Shown here one piece after another: positions 28,026 through 37,412 of a stretch of DNA of 64,000 nucleotides. A model generated the notes under the pieces. That model did not search any database and was not told where the DNA came from. It was given only the letters and a program-made list of their open reading frames with translations. This DNA comes from Ignavibacteriota bacterium. Its GTDB lineage: Bacteria; Bacteroidota; Ignavibacteria; UBA10030; UBA6906. The stretch covers positions 192,001 to 256,000 of the forward strand of contig CAWDEM010000008.1 in NCBI GenBank assembly GCA_963801355.1, given 5' to 3'. Positions within the stretch are counted from its first letter, which is position 1. Each line of letters begins with the position of its first letter. A program made the position numbers and the translations under genes.

Positions 28026-30266
28026 ATGTCTTTTCTGCAACAGCTCAATGACGTCCAACGTGATGCCGTAGAGGCCACGGAAGGACCGGTAATGATTGTC
28101 GCCGGCGCCGGGAGCGGGAAGACGCGCGTGCTCACATACCGCGCGGCGTATCTCCTGCAACAGGGTATCCGTCCTGAAAGCATTCTTGCCCTGACGTTCA
28201 CCAACAAAGCGGCCAACGAAATGAAGGGCCGCATTGCCGATCTCGTCGGTCCATCGAACCGCGCGATTTGGATGGGCACCTTTCATTCGATCTTCGCCCG
28301 CATCCTGCGTATTGAGGCTGAACGGCTCGGCTACACGCGCACGTTTTCGATCTACGATACCGATGATTCGCAGTCCCTGATCAAGGGCATCATGAACGAT
28401 CTGGGGGTTTCCGCGCAGCAGTATCCGCCTGCGGGCATCCGCAGCCGCATCAGCGTTGCCAAAAACTCTATGATTTCCAGCGCTGATTACCAGAAGGGCG
28501 CGCGCGACCCGGCCGCGCAGCGTGCAGGCGATATCTTCGAGGAGTACGAACGCCGCCTCTTCAAGAACAACGCACTGGACTTTGACGACCTGCTCCTGAA
28601 ACCCCTGGAGCTGTTCCGCCGTCATCGTGATGTGCTTCAACGATATCAGATGCGATTCCAATTCATCCTGGTCGACGAGTACCAGGACACCAACAGGGTG
28701 CAGTATCTCCTGTTGCAGGAGCTGGCCGCCCGGCTCAAGAATATCTGTGTGGTTGGGGATGACGCGCAGAGCATCTACGCCTTCCGCGGAGCCGACATCC
28801 GGAACATTCTCGATTTTGAAAAAGACTATCCAGAGTGTCGCGTGTTCCGGCTCGAACAAAACTACAGGTCCACCAAGACCATTCTCGGTGCGGCCGATTC
28901 GCTCATCAGGCACAACGAGCGGCAGATTCCGAAGAAGCTCTGGACGAGCAATGCCGCCGGCGACGCGGTCATACTGGATATCTGTAACGACGATAGGGAG
29001 GAAGCCCGGAGGATTGTCGCCCACATTCAGGAGGAAACACACAAGCGCAAGCTGGGCCTGAATGACTTTGCCGTCTTGTACCGGACGAACGCACAATCCC
29101 GGACAATCGAAGATGCGCTCCGCAGGGCCGCAATACCCTACGTCATCGTGGGAGGGGTTGCGTTCTACAAGCGGAAGGAAATCAAGGATATTCTTGCGTA
29201 CCTGCGCGTCATTGCGAACCCGAAGGACGACGAAAGCGTCGTACGAATCCTGAATGTGCCCGCGCGGGCAATAGGGAACACTACCCTGCAACGGATCCGT
29301 ACAGTCGCGGCGGCGGAGAGAATTCCGATCATGGCTGCCCTGAACTCGCGGAGCCTTGAGGGACTGCTGGCCGACCGCACGCTGAAATCCGTCAGGGAGT
29401 TTCATGCGATGCTGCAGAAGTATATTGTGCTGAAAACAGAAATGTCGGCGAATGAACTTGCCAGGGCGGTCGTGGATGAGACCGGCATCCTCCGCGCCCT
29501 CAAGGAAGAGAACACTCCCGAATCCCTGGCACGGAGGGACAACATACAGGAATTGATTTCGGCGCTGGCCGAATTCGCCGACCAGCATCCCGGTTCGACC
29601 CTGGAGGACTTTCTCTCCGAAGTATCGCTGGTCTCGGATGTGGATATGGCCGAGTTCGGCCGCAATGCCGTAACGCTCATGACGCTGCACGCGGCAAAAG
29701 GGCTCGAGTTTCCGGTCGTGTTCATCGCCGGACTGGAGGAGGGGCTGCTGCCGATCTCCCTTGCACTTGACAGCAAGGAGGAAGTGGAGGAAGAACGACG
29801 CCTGCTCTACGTGGGTATGACGCGTGCGGAACAGCTCCTCTATCTCTCATTCGCACATACACGCTACCACCAGGGCGAGATGCTCTATTCACTCCGCTCG
29901 CGGTTTCTCGATGACATCGATCCGACTTTTGTTTTTTCCTCCGAGAAGACCGGTCTCCTCCGGCATGCGGCAGCCGGTACGGCCCCGACATCCATGCGCA
30001 CGCCGCGGACCGTGCTCCACCCGAGCCGCCACCGGGCACCGGAGACGGATCAATTTGCGGCCGACACCATGCCGGACTACGAGAATCATTCCCAGGAAGA
30101 ATTCGAGCCCCGGGTGGGATTGCGCGTCACGCATGAAACATTCGGGACCGGGCACATTGTCGCCCTGGACGGTCACGGTGACGATGCGCGGGCAATTGTA
30201 GAATTTACCTCTGTCGGACGGAAGAAACTCCTCCTGAAGTTCGCCCGGCTCAGAATTCCCCGGTAG
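28026..30266 (+). CDS. pcrA: UvrD/PcrA ATP-dependent DNA helicase
   Basis: AGAGSGKTRVL, LTFTNKAA, VDEYQDTN, VVGDDAQSIYAFRGA, LEQNYRST, MTLHAAKGLEF, EERRLLYVGMTRA, C-terminal Tudor-like domain. Confidence 0.95.
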   Translation: MSFLQQLNDVQRDAVEATEGPVMIVAGAGSGKTRVLTYRAAYLLQQGIRPESILALTFTNKAANEMKGRIADLVGPSNRAIWMGTFHSIFARILRIEAERLGYTRTFSIYDTDDSQSLIKGIMNDLGVSAQQYPPAGIRSRISVAKNSMISSADYQKGARDPAAQRAGDIFEEYERRLFKNNALDFDDLLLKPLELFRRHRDVLQRYQMRFQFILVDEYQDTNRVQYLLLQELAARLKNICVVGDDAQSIYAFRGADIRNILDFEKDYPECRVFRLEQNYRSTKTILGAADSLIRHNERQIPKKLWTSNAAGDAVILDICNDDREEARRIVAHIQEETHKRKLGLNDFAVLYRTNAQSRTIEDALRRAAIPYVIVGGVAFYKRKEIKDILAYLRVIANPKDDESVVRILNVPARAIGNTTLQRIRTVAAAERIPIMAALNSRSLEGLLADRTLKSVREFHAMLQKYIVLKTEMSANELARAVVDETGILRALKEENTPESLARRDNIQELISALAEFADQHPGSTLEDFLSEVSLVSDVDMAEFGRNAVTLMTLHAAKGLEFPVVFIAGLEEGLLPISLALDSKEEVEEERRLLYVGMTRAEQLLYLSFAHTRYHQGEMLYSLRSRFLDDIDPTFVFSSEKTGLLRHAAAGTAPTSMRTPRTVLHPSRHRAPETDQFAADTMPDYENHSQEEFEPRVGLRVTHETFGTGHIVALDGHGDDARAIVEFTSVGRKKLLLKFARLRIPR

Positions 30267-30275
30267 TTCTTCTTC

Positions 30276-30304
30276 TTGACACTCAGCAGAGGATGGCGTA
30301 TTAT
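30276..30304 (+). promoter_or_regulatory. Putative sigma70 promoter of mltD
   Basis: TTGACA-17 bp-TATTAT. Confidence 0.7.
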
Positions 30305-30365
30305 GTGTAATCTTCTTCGCAAGCATAGTGCAGAGTGAGAAGGAACTCATAGTAGCGAAAGGTGC

Positions 30366-32600
30366 ATGATGAGAAGTACGTGTCTGTTTGCCGCTGCAGC
30401 GGCGATGTTGGTAGTGGGGTGTGCTTCCCAGCAGTCGGCAGAATACCTCATGCCCCAGACTGTGTCCACCGCGTTACCTGACTCTCTCCCCGCAGAACCC
30501 GTTCAACCTGAAAACCTCGAAACCGATTCGACGATTGTGTTTACCCAATCGTACGGCGTTCCGGACGACTCGTTAATTGCCGCGATGCTGGAAACAGCCC
30601 GGCAACACTATCTGTCTGCGACGACCGCCGCTGCAAACGGCGACTCCCTCAGGTCGATGGTGCAGTTTGAAGAGGCCATTGCCCTCCTGGACGAGCTCAG
30701 CGACGTACCGGGGATTGAATCGAACAAAGACTTTGCGGACTTGAGCAAGGCGGTGGTGGAGGACTATGAATTGCATATTGCGCGTATCGACAGCCTTTCG
30801 CCCGAGTCTTCGATTTCGGCCCTGCGGGAGAAGATGAACCAGGTCGCCGAACTGGCGGATACAGTTGCACTGGGACCACAGCTGACCCTGGTGCAGGGAA
30901 CGACGGTCCCGCTGGTAATGAATTCCCTCGTTGAGAGTCACATAAACTTCTACACCGGTCGGGGCCGTGTGCACGTGGAGCGATGGATCAAGAATTCGGG
31001 ACGGTACTTTCCTCTCCTGCGGAAAATCCTGAACGAAGAAAAGGTCCCCGAGGAACTTGTGCACCTGAGCATGATCGAGAGCGGTGTGAACCCGAATGCG
31101 CGTTCCTGGGCGCGGGCCGTGGGTATGTGGCAGTTCATAAAGGGCACGGGACGGCTCTACGGGTTGCGCACATCGTTCTTTCTGGACGAGCGTCGCGATT
31201 TTGAGAAGGCCACCCGCGCTGCTGCACGGCATCTGCGCGACCTGTACGAGGAATTCGGCGACTGGTATCTTGTGCTCTCTGCTTACAACTCCGGAGCAGG
31301 GAGGATTTATTCCGGCATCCGGCGGACCGGCTCGACAGATTTCTGGGAGATGCGGCGCCGCCTTCCCCGGGAGACCCGCAACTACGTTCCGCAGTATATT
31401 GCGGCAACCTTGATCTCCTTAAACCCCACACAGTATGGTTTCGAATCCGTTGTGCCGTATCCTCCTCTCGTATTTGACACCGTACGCGTGGACGACGGCA
31501 TTGATCTCTCTCTTCTGGCAGATTGTGCCGGCGTGGATGAGCAGACGATCCGGGATCTGAATCCGGAACTCATCCAATGGTGCACCCCTCCGGGCATCAA
31601 GCGTTATACGCTGCGCATTCCTCCGGGGCGAACGCAAATGTTCCGGGCAAAGTACGCGCAAATCCCGGAAAGCGCCAGACGCGACTGGGTCGTCCACACG
31701 GTGCGACGCGGTGAAACCCTCGGTGGAATTGCGGTTCGCTACGGTATTACTGTGGAGGTGCTCAAGGAAGCCAACCGGCTTGCGTCGGCAAAACGTCTTT
31801 CTGTGGGGAAACAGGTTGTCATTCCGGTGCCGCGCGGGTCACATCGGTTTGCTTCGCTCGTAAATTCTTCGGCCACGATGGAATCTGTGCGTGAAAGATC
31901 GCGACGCTCGGTTGACAGGACACGGGTCGCCAGGGCGTTGGCCCGCTCCACCCGACAGGCCTCCGCGGCGCAGCCCAGGGGAACAACGCGTATCGCGTAC
32001 TCGGTGAAGAAGGGCGATACCATCGGACACATCGCTGAGTGGTTCGATTGCCGGGCTGCTGACATACGCAACTGGAATGACATCGCCTATGGCAGCCGTA
32101 TCCGTGTCGGACAGACACTCGAGATCTACGTCCACGAGTCCAACGCGGCATCGTACAAACGCATTGAGGGAATGTCCTTCGCCCAGAAGGAAGCTCTCGC
32201 CAGCAAGACTGCCCGTCCGGCACGGTCGGCGACACCCGAAAACGGCGACAGCCATATCGTGAAATCCGGTGAGACGCTGGAGTCCATCGCCCACGATCAT
32301 GGCGTCAGCATCGACCAGCTGAAGCATTGGAACCGTCTGCGAACATCACGCATCAACGGCGGTCAGAGTCTCGTCATCCACAAGAGTGCGCAGAACATGC
32401 GCATCGTGACGCCTCAGAGTTCTCCCGCTGCATCGCGCACGACAAGGGGTGGCAAGGCCGTCGTGTACATCGTTAAAAAAGGGGACACACTGTGGGATAT
32501 CGCAAAAGCCTTTGAGGTCACACCAACAGACCTGAAGGCGTGGAACGATCTGGGCAGGAACAAGATTATTGCAGGACAGGAGCTGGTGATCAGGAAGTAG
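30366..32600 (+). CDS. mltD: MltD-like lytic murein transglycosylase lipoprotein with four LysM domains
   Basis: Lipobox VVGC; SLT motifs IESG, AVGMWQF, AYNSG, ETRNYVP; LysM repeats HTVRRGETL, YSVKKGDTI, HIVKSGETL, YIVKKGDTL. Confidence 0.9.
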   Translation: MMRSTCLFAAAAAMLVVGCASQQSAEYLMPQTVSTALPDSLPAEPVQPENLETDSTIVFTQSYGVPDDSLIAAMLETARQHYLSATTAAANGDSLRSMVQFEEAIALLDELSDVPGIESNKDFADLSKAVVEDYELHIARIDSLSPESSISALREKMNQVAELADTVALGPQLTLVQGTTVPLVMNSLVESHINFYTGRGRVHVERWIKNSGRYFPLLRKILNEEKVPEELVHLSMIESGVNPNARSWARAVGMWQFIKGTGRLYGLRTSFFLDERRDFEKATRAAARHLRDLYEEFGDWYLVLSAYNSGAGRIYSGIRRTGSTDFWEMRRRLPRETRNYVPQYIAATLISLNPTQYGFESVVPYPPLVFDTVRVDDGIDLSLLADCAGVDEQTIRDLNPELIQWCTPPGIKRYTLRIPPGRTQMFRAKYAQIPESARRDWVVHTVRRGETLGGIAVRYGITVEVLKEANRLASAKRLSVGKQVVIPVPRGSHRFASLVNSSATMESVRERSRRSVDRTRVARALARSTRQASAAQPRGTTRIAYSVKKGDTIGHIAEWFDCRAADIRNWNDIAYGSRIRVGQTLEIYVHESNAASYKRIEGMSFAQKEALASKTARPARSATPENGDSHIVKSGETLESIAHDHGVSIDQLKHWNRLRTSRINGGQSLVIHKSAQNMRIVTPQSSPAASRTTRGGKAVVYIVKKGDTLWDIAKAFEVTPTDLKAWNDLGRNKIIAGQELVIRK

Positions 32601-32601
32601 T

Positions 32602-32630
32602 GGAGGGGGAACGCATCACGTCACCCCTCC
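32602..32630. terminator. Possible hairpin terminator between convergent genes
   Basis: ggagggg...cccctcc inverted repeat directly after the mltD stop; large loop. Confidence 0.45.
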
Positions 32631-32645
32631 GTTACGATCGTTTTC

Positions 32646-33134
32646 CTAATCCTTCTCTTCGATCTTCTTCTCAATCCTCCGTTCGATCACCCGATCGCGC
32701 ATTCCATGGCCTCCCTGCTGCAGGTGCTTTTTCCAGATCTTCTGTTGCTCGGGGTTGAGGATCGCCTTCACACCGAACTGATGATCCAGCATGGCGATTT
32801 TTTCCTGATATTGCAAATCAGAAACTTCCTTCATTTTCTTTTCAATCGCCGCCTTGTCGGGATTGGTTGCGCCGTACAGTTCCTCCATTTCCAATCTGGC
32901 GATGCGAATCTTGGCCTGCAGCGCCGTCTGTTTCTTCTGGAGGTCCAGACGCATCTTCTGCATCTGTGACTGCTGGTCTTCGCTCAAGTTAAGCTTGGCC
33001 ATCATGTCCTGGCGTTCGTGCATCGGGCCTGTCCCGTCGCCGGGGCCCATCCCTCTGCCCATGCCGGTCCGGTTCTGAGCGAAGGCAAGCGTTCCCATCA
33101 TTACCATCAACACCACTGCCACGAGTCGTCTCAT
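32646..33134 (-). CDS. Spy/CpxP-family periplasmic chaperone
   Basis: Signal peptide, Gly/Met-rich linker, LNLSEDQQ and ILNPEQQK (LTxxQ-type) motifs. Confidence 0.85.
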   Translation of the reverse strand: MRRLVAVVLMVMMGTLAFAQNRTGMGRGMGPGDGTGPMHERQDMMAKLNLSEDQQSQMQKMRLDLQKKQTALQAKIRIARLEMEELYGATNPDKAAIEKKMKEVSDLQYQEKIAMLDHQFGVKAILNPEQQKIWKKHLQQGGHGMRDRVIERRIEKKIEEKD

Positions 33135-33217
33135 GGAATCACCTATCGTTTATGTTGTGAGAGTACAGCACGCCGGTTACATGTGTTAGACCTCGTGGCG
33201 GGGTAAAGGTTTAACGT

Positions 33218-33246
33218 TTGACTTTCCCCGCCCCTTTCGCTATGTT
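33218..33246 (+). promoter_or_regulatory. Putative sigma70 promoter of the TPR-pyrK-pyrD-folC operon
   Basis: TTGACT-17 bp-TATGTT. Confidence 0.6.
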
Positions 33247-33277
33247 CTTATGATCCTCGTGCGATCCGGAGCTTACT

Positions 33278-35680
33278 GTGCGGACTGCTGTCCATCGTCT
33301 TCTCCCCATCCTTGCGACTCTTGCCCTGATGCAGTTTTCCTCCTGCGGCGTCTGGGACTCCTTCACTGCATATTTCAACACCTATTACAACGCCCAGCGG
33401 GCGTTTACCGAAGCGCAGGATGAAGTGTGGGCGATGCCCGAGACCAAGGAATCCGGCCGGAATCTCTTGATTCCGTTCAACATCAGCCCGGGGACCAAGA
33501 CCAAGTTCACATCTGTCATCGAAAAGTGCTCGAAGCTCCTCCAATATCATCCTGATGCCGGCCTGGTAGACGACGCGCTGATGATGATCGGGCGCTCTTA
33601 CTACTATCAGAACGACTACCAGAAAGCCGAACGGAAGTTCACAGAATTGATCGACGGCTACCCTGAAAGCGACCTCGTTCTGCAGGCGCAGGTAATGCTC
33701 GCTTTTTCGTACTACAAAAGCAAGGAAGTGGAGAAGGCCACCATGACCGCCCAGCAAGTGCTGGATCTGGCAACGACCAGGGGTGAATACAAGGTGGCAG
33801 CCGAAGCGGCACTTGTGCTGGGGCAGATTGCTCTTGATGACAAAGCATACGCCCGTGCCCGTACTTTCTTCGAACAAGTGGGCGAGAATGGCGATACATC
33901 CGAAAAACGCGCGCAAGCGTTGATGAAGGTGGGAGAAATGTACGCCCTGGAGCGGAAGTACGTCGACGCCCGGGCTGCCTACGAGCGGGCGTATTCGCTG
34001 AGCACTTCGTATCTGGGGGAATACCGGGCCCGGATCAGCGTCGCACAAATGCTCAACAAGCAACAACGGTTCGGCGATGCAGAGGAAACGCTCCTTGCGC
34101 TCCGCTCCAACTCGAACTATCGTGAATTCTTCGGTCAGATTGAATACGAGCTGGGAAATGTTGACCGTGATCGGGGTGATATTCAGAAAGCCATCGAACA
34201 GTACGCGTACGTCGATACCGCTTATGCGCGCACGGAGGCGGCCGCAGATGCAAATCTCGCCCTCGGGATGCTGTATGAGACCGTCCTGTTTCAGTACGAT
34301 TCTGCCCGTGCCGTCTACGAACGGGGACGAGGTGCCATCAACACTGCCGAATCGAGACTCCAGATCATCCGCAGGGCGGACTACCTTTCCCGATATGTAG
34401 TGTTCCGGAATGACCTCATCAAACTCGACAGTCTCCGTTACTCTGCCCTTCATATTTCCGATACGGTGCATGCAGCCGGGGGCGGCACCCGGACCGACTC
34501 CACTCGCAATGCCCGTGCCGACTCCACTCGCAATGCCCATGCCGACTCGACCGGACATTTGCCTGCAGTTGCGGCCGGACATGCACTCGCCGACACGACA
34601 GGACGCGCACTTGCAGATACGGCAAGGCCTGCGCATGCCGACTCAGTCAGGCTCGGGCTTGCCGACTCAGTCAGGCTCGCGCTTGCCGACACCGCACGCC
34701 GCGCCCAGGCAGACAGCACAAAGCCCCCTGTCCTGCAGCCGCCCGTCCCTCAGACACCCGCACTCTCGCTCGACACCATCAATGTCCGCCTCGCAGACCG
34801 CATGGATGACATCGCGGGATTGTTTTATGCCACCATGGGTCTTCCAGACTCGGCGCGGTTCTGGTACCATCGTCTATTGCGCGAGTATCCTGACAGCCGT
34901 GGGGCACCGCGTGCCCTCTACGTGCTCGCACGGATGGAAGGGGAAGATTCGAGCGGGACGCCGTTGTTCGCCGACTCGCTCCACAGGGAGATCATCCGGC
35001 GCTTTCCGGAATCGCCCTTTGCCGAAGAGTCCAGGCGTTTGCTCGGACTTCCGCCTACGGTTCAGGCTCCGGATTCGCTGGCTCAGAGCTACCGCCGCGC
35101 GACTGCACTGCTGCAAGCAGGAAAGAATGGAGCTGCAATTGATTCGTTCAGGGCTATCGTCCGCCGAGCCCCGGCCTCTCCGCTGGCGCCGCGGGCGTTG
35201 TATGCCGTCGGGTGGGTGTATGAGTTTCAAACCAGTCAGATGGACAGCGCAGGGGCAAATTACGAACGTCTGGTGGCGCTCTATCCGGGAACTCCGTATG
35301 CGCAGCGGGTGCAGCCGCGGGTGACGGAAATCCAGAGTGCCCGTCAGGCGAAGCTGGCCGCGCCCAAAACAGACACGACGTCGGCCGCCCAACCCAAAAC
35401 GGGCACGATATCGCCCGCCCGGTCGAAGACGGACACGACATCGGTTGCCCGGTTAAAAACAGACACGACGTCGGTCGCCCGGTCAAAAACGGACACGACG
35501 TCGGTTGCCCAACCGAAAGCGGATACGACATCGGTTGTTCCGCCCGTGAAGACGCCGGAGAAAAGACCCGAAGAGATGGACCAGGAACAGGTGAACAAGC
35601 GCCGGCGAAGGGCAGCGGAGCCCGGCGCTGAAAAACTCGACAATTCAGACAGGATTCCTGACGACAGAGTACCTCGCTAA
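33278..35680 (+). CDS. TPR-repeat lipoprotein resembling T9SS SprE/PorW, with two low-complexity repeat arrays
   Basis: Lipobox FSSC; FTAYFNTYYNA..IEKCSKLLQYHP..VDDALMMIGRSYYY N-terminus as recalled for SprE/PorW-like proteins; many TPR helices. Confidence 0.72.
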   Translation: MRTAVHRLLPILATLALMQFSSCGVWDSFTAYFNTYYNAQRAFTEAQDEVWAMPETKESGRNLLIPFNISPGTKTKFTSVIEKCSKLLQYHPDAGLVDDALMMIGRSYYYQNDYQKAERKFTELIDGYPESDLVLQAQVMLAFSYYKSKEVEKATMTAQQVLDLATTRGEYKVAAEAALVLGQIALDDKAYARARTFFEQVGENGDTSEKRAQALMKVGEMYALERKYVDARAAYERAYSLSTSYLGEYRARISVAQMLNKQQRFGDAEETLLALRSNSNYREFFGQIEYELGNVDRDRGDIQKAIEQYAYVDTAYARTEAAADANLALGMLYETVLFQYDSARAVYERGRGAINTAESRLQIIRRADYLSRYVVFRNDLIKLDSLRYSALHISDTVHAAGGGTRTDSTRNARADSTRNAHADSTGHLPAVAAGHALADTTGRALADTARPAHADSVRLGLADSVRLALADTARRAQADSTKPPVLQPPVPQTPALSLDTINVRLADRMDDIAGLFYATMGLPDSARFWYHRLLREYPDSRGAPRALYVLARMEGEDSSGTPLFADSLHREIIRRFPESPFAEESRRLLGLPPTVQAPDSLAQSYRRATALLQAGKNGAAIDSFRAIVRRAPASPLAPRALYAVGWVYEFQTSQMDSAGANYERLVALYPGTPYAQRVQPRVTEIQSARQAKLAAPKTDTTSAAQPKTGTISPARSKTDTTSVARLKTDTTSVARSKTDTTSVAQPKADTTSVVPPVKTPEKRPEEMDQEQVNKRRRRAAEPGAEKLDNSDRIPDDRVPR
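34494..34722 (+). repeat. Degenerate 24-bp (8-aa) coding repeats, A-D-S/T-x-R-x-x-x
   Basis: ccgactccactcgcaatgccc twice and gccgactcagtcaggctcg twice, each at a 24-bp period. Confidence 0.85.
35366..35545 (+). repeat. Six 30-bp (10-aa) coding repeats KTDTTSVARS-like
   Basis: KTDTTSAAQP KTGTISPARS KTDTTSVARL KTDTTSVARS KTDTTSVAQP KADTTSVVPP. Confidence 0.9.
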
Positions 35681-36447
35681 TGCTCCACCTCCACAGCCGC
35701 GTATTAAGCCTCCGTCCAGTCGCCCCCAACGTCTTCGTATTGTCTCTGCATTGTCCCGAGTTGAGTACAACCGTCGCGGCCGGGCAGTTTGTCAACATAC
35801 TGGTGCACGACGGCATAGAACCGCTGTTGCGCAGGCCGTTCAGCGTTTACCGCACCGAGGGTGATTCCATTGAGATCCTGTTCCAGCGGTTGGGCAAGGG
35901 CACTGCACTCCTGGCAAAGGTGCAGGAAGGACAGCTGCTTGATCTCCTCGGGCCCCTCGGCCACGGATATCATCTTAATGAACCGTCATTTGAGACGGCC
36001 GTTCTCATTGGCGGCGGACTCGGGGTAGCGCCACTGCCGGTCGCCACGGCGGGCCTGCGCTCTGCAGGCAAGAATATTGTTACACTACTGGGCGCGCGCA
36101 CGGCCGGTCTGGTCATCGATGGGCATCTTCAAAATGTCCGCGTGGCCACCGACGATGGGACGCGGGGCCTTCACGGGACCGTTGTCGATCTTGCCGCCCA
36201 TGTCTGGGATGCCCGGAACATTCCTCGGTCGCGCATTTTTGCGTGCGGACCCACACCCATGTTGCGCGCCCTCGCCGCCTGGGCGGTCTCGCGCAACATC
36301 CCGTGCGAGGTCTCACTCGAAGGTCAAATGGCCTGCGGCATCGGCATCTGTCAGGGGTGCCCTGTGGAAATTGTGGGGCAGGAACGGAAGTATGCATTGA
36401 TGTGCAAAGATGGTCCGGTCTTCAACGCTCGGGACATCATTATCTGA
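35680..36447 (+). CDS. pyrK: Dihydroorotate dehydrogenase electron-transfer subunit
   Basis: GQFVNI, LRRPFSV, GPLGHG, GGGLGVAPL, ACGPTPM, 2Fe-2S motif MACGIGICQGC..CKDGPVF. Confidence 0.95.
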   Translation: MLHLHSRVLSLRPVAPNVFVLSLHCPELSTTVAAGQFVNILVHDGIEPLLRRPFSVYRTEGDSIEILFQRLGKGTALLAKVQEGQLLDLLGPLGHGYHLNEPSFETAVLIGGGLGVAPLPVATAGLRSAGKNIVTLLGARTAGLVIDGHLQNVRVATDDGTRGLHGTVVDLAAHVWDARNIPRSRIFACGPTPMLRALAAWAVSRNIPCEVSLEGQMACGIGICQGCPVEIVGQERKYALMCKDGPVFNARDIII

Positions 36448-36467
36448 CATGAGACGGACGATCTGAC

Positions 36468-37412
36468 ATGACACGCACGGATTTCCAACTCGGAAGCGTA
36501 CACTGCAAGAATCGCGTTTTCGTCGCTTCAGGGACGTTTGGTTACGGCGACGAGTGCCTGGATCTCGTGGATGTGGCGCGTCTCGGCGGCATCATGACGA
36601 AGTCGCTCTCGCTTAAGCCGCGGGACGGGAATCCTCCCCCCCGGGTCGTGGAAACGCCCGGCGGGATGCTGAACTCAATTGGACTTGCGAATATCGGCGT
36701 GCGTCGCTTCATCGCCGATAAACTTCCCATCCTACGGTCGATCGATACCACAATCGTGGCGAACATTGCGGCAAGCAGCGTGGATGAATACTGTGCCGTG
36801 CTGGATCTGCTTGAGGAAGCAGGCGGTGTGCACGCGTATGAAATCAACGTCTCATGCCCGAACGTCAAGGAGGGGGGACTTAACTTCGGCACCGACTGTG
36901 CGATGACCGCCGGAATCACCCGGCGACTCCGGGCGCGCACGGGAAAACCGTTAATCATCAAACTCACACCCAATGTCGCCCACATCTCCTCGTTTGCGCG
37001 CGCCGTGCAGGATGAAGGGGCTGACGCCGTGTCGGTCATCAATACGCTGATCGGCATGGCCATCGATGTGCGTACGCGCAAACCGCTGCTTTCGACAGTC
37101 ACCGGCGGCCTCTCCGGCCCGGCCATAAAACCGGTAGCGCTGGCCAAGGTCTACGAAACCGCGCGCGCAGTCCACATCCCCGTCATCGGTATCGGAGGCA
37201 TCATGTGCGCCACCGATGCCATTGAATTCTTCCTCGCCGGAGCGACCGCCGTGCAGGTCGGGACCGCCAACTTCATCGATCCGGCTGCCGCGGTTACAGT
37301 AGCCGACGGGATCGCAACCTGGTGCGACGAGCACGGTATTGACGACGTCGCGAAACTTGTCGGGGCGCTCGACGCGCAAACCGGTGTGTCGGTGCTGGAG
37401 AGCTGGTTGTGA
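36468..37412 (+). CDS. pyrD: Dihydroorotate dehydrogenase class 1B catalytic subunit
   Basis: ASGTFGYG, GMLNSIGLAN, EINVSCPN, KLTPN, GGLSGPAIKP, GIGGI, VQVGTA. Confidence 0.96.
   Translation: MTRTDFQLGSVHCKNRVFVASGTFGYGDECLDLVDVARLGGIMTKSLSLKPRDGNPPPRVVETPGGMLNSIGLANIGVRRFIADKLPILRSIDTTIVANIAASSVDEYCAVLDLLEEAGGVHAYEINVSCPNVKEGGLNFGTDCAMTAGITRRLRARTGKPLIIKLTPNVAHISSFARAVQDEGADAVSVINTLIGMAIDVRTRKPLLSTVTGGLSGPAIKPVALAKVYETARAVHIPVIGIGGIMCATDAIEFFLAGATAVQVGTANFIDPAAAVTVADGIATWCDEHGIDDVAKLVGALDAQTGVSVLESWL

Noticed and set aside
28017-29690. 557-aa antisense ORF, and many similar long antisense or alternate-frame ORFs (e.g. 33248-34636, 20419-21528, 17197-18291, 55221-56240)
   Set aside because: They mirror well-supported genes on the other strand, show no protein motifs, and are expected in GC-rich coding DNA.
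35366-35545. 30-bp periodic repeats as a possible CRISPR array
   Set aside because: The units are contiguous without unique spacers, are in frame within a CDS and vary mainly at codon level; no cas genes are present.
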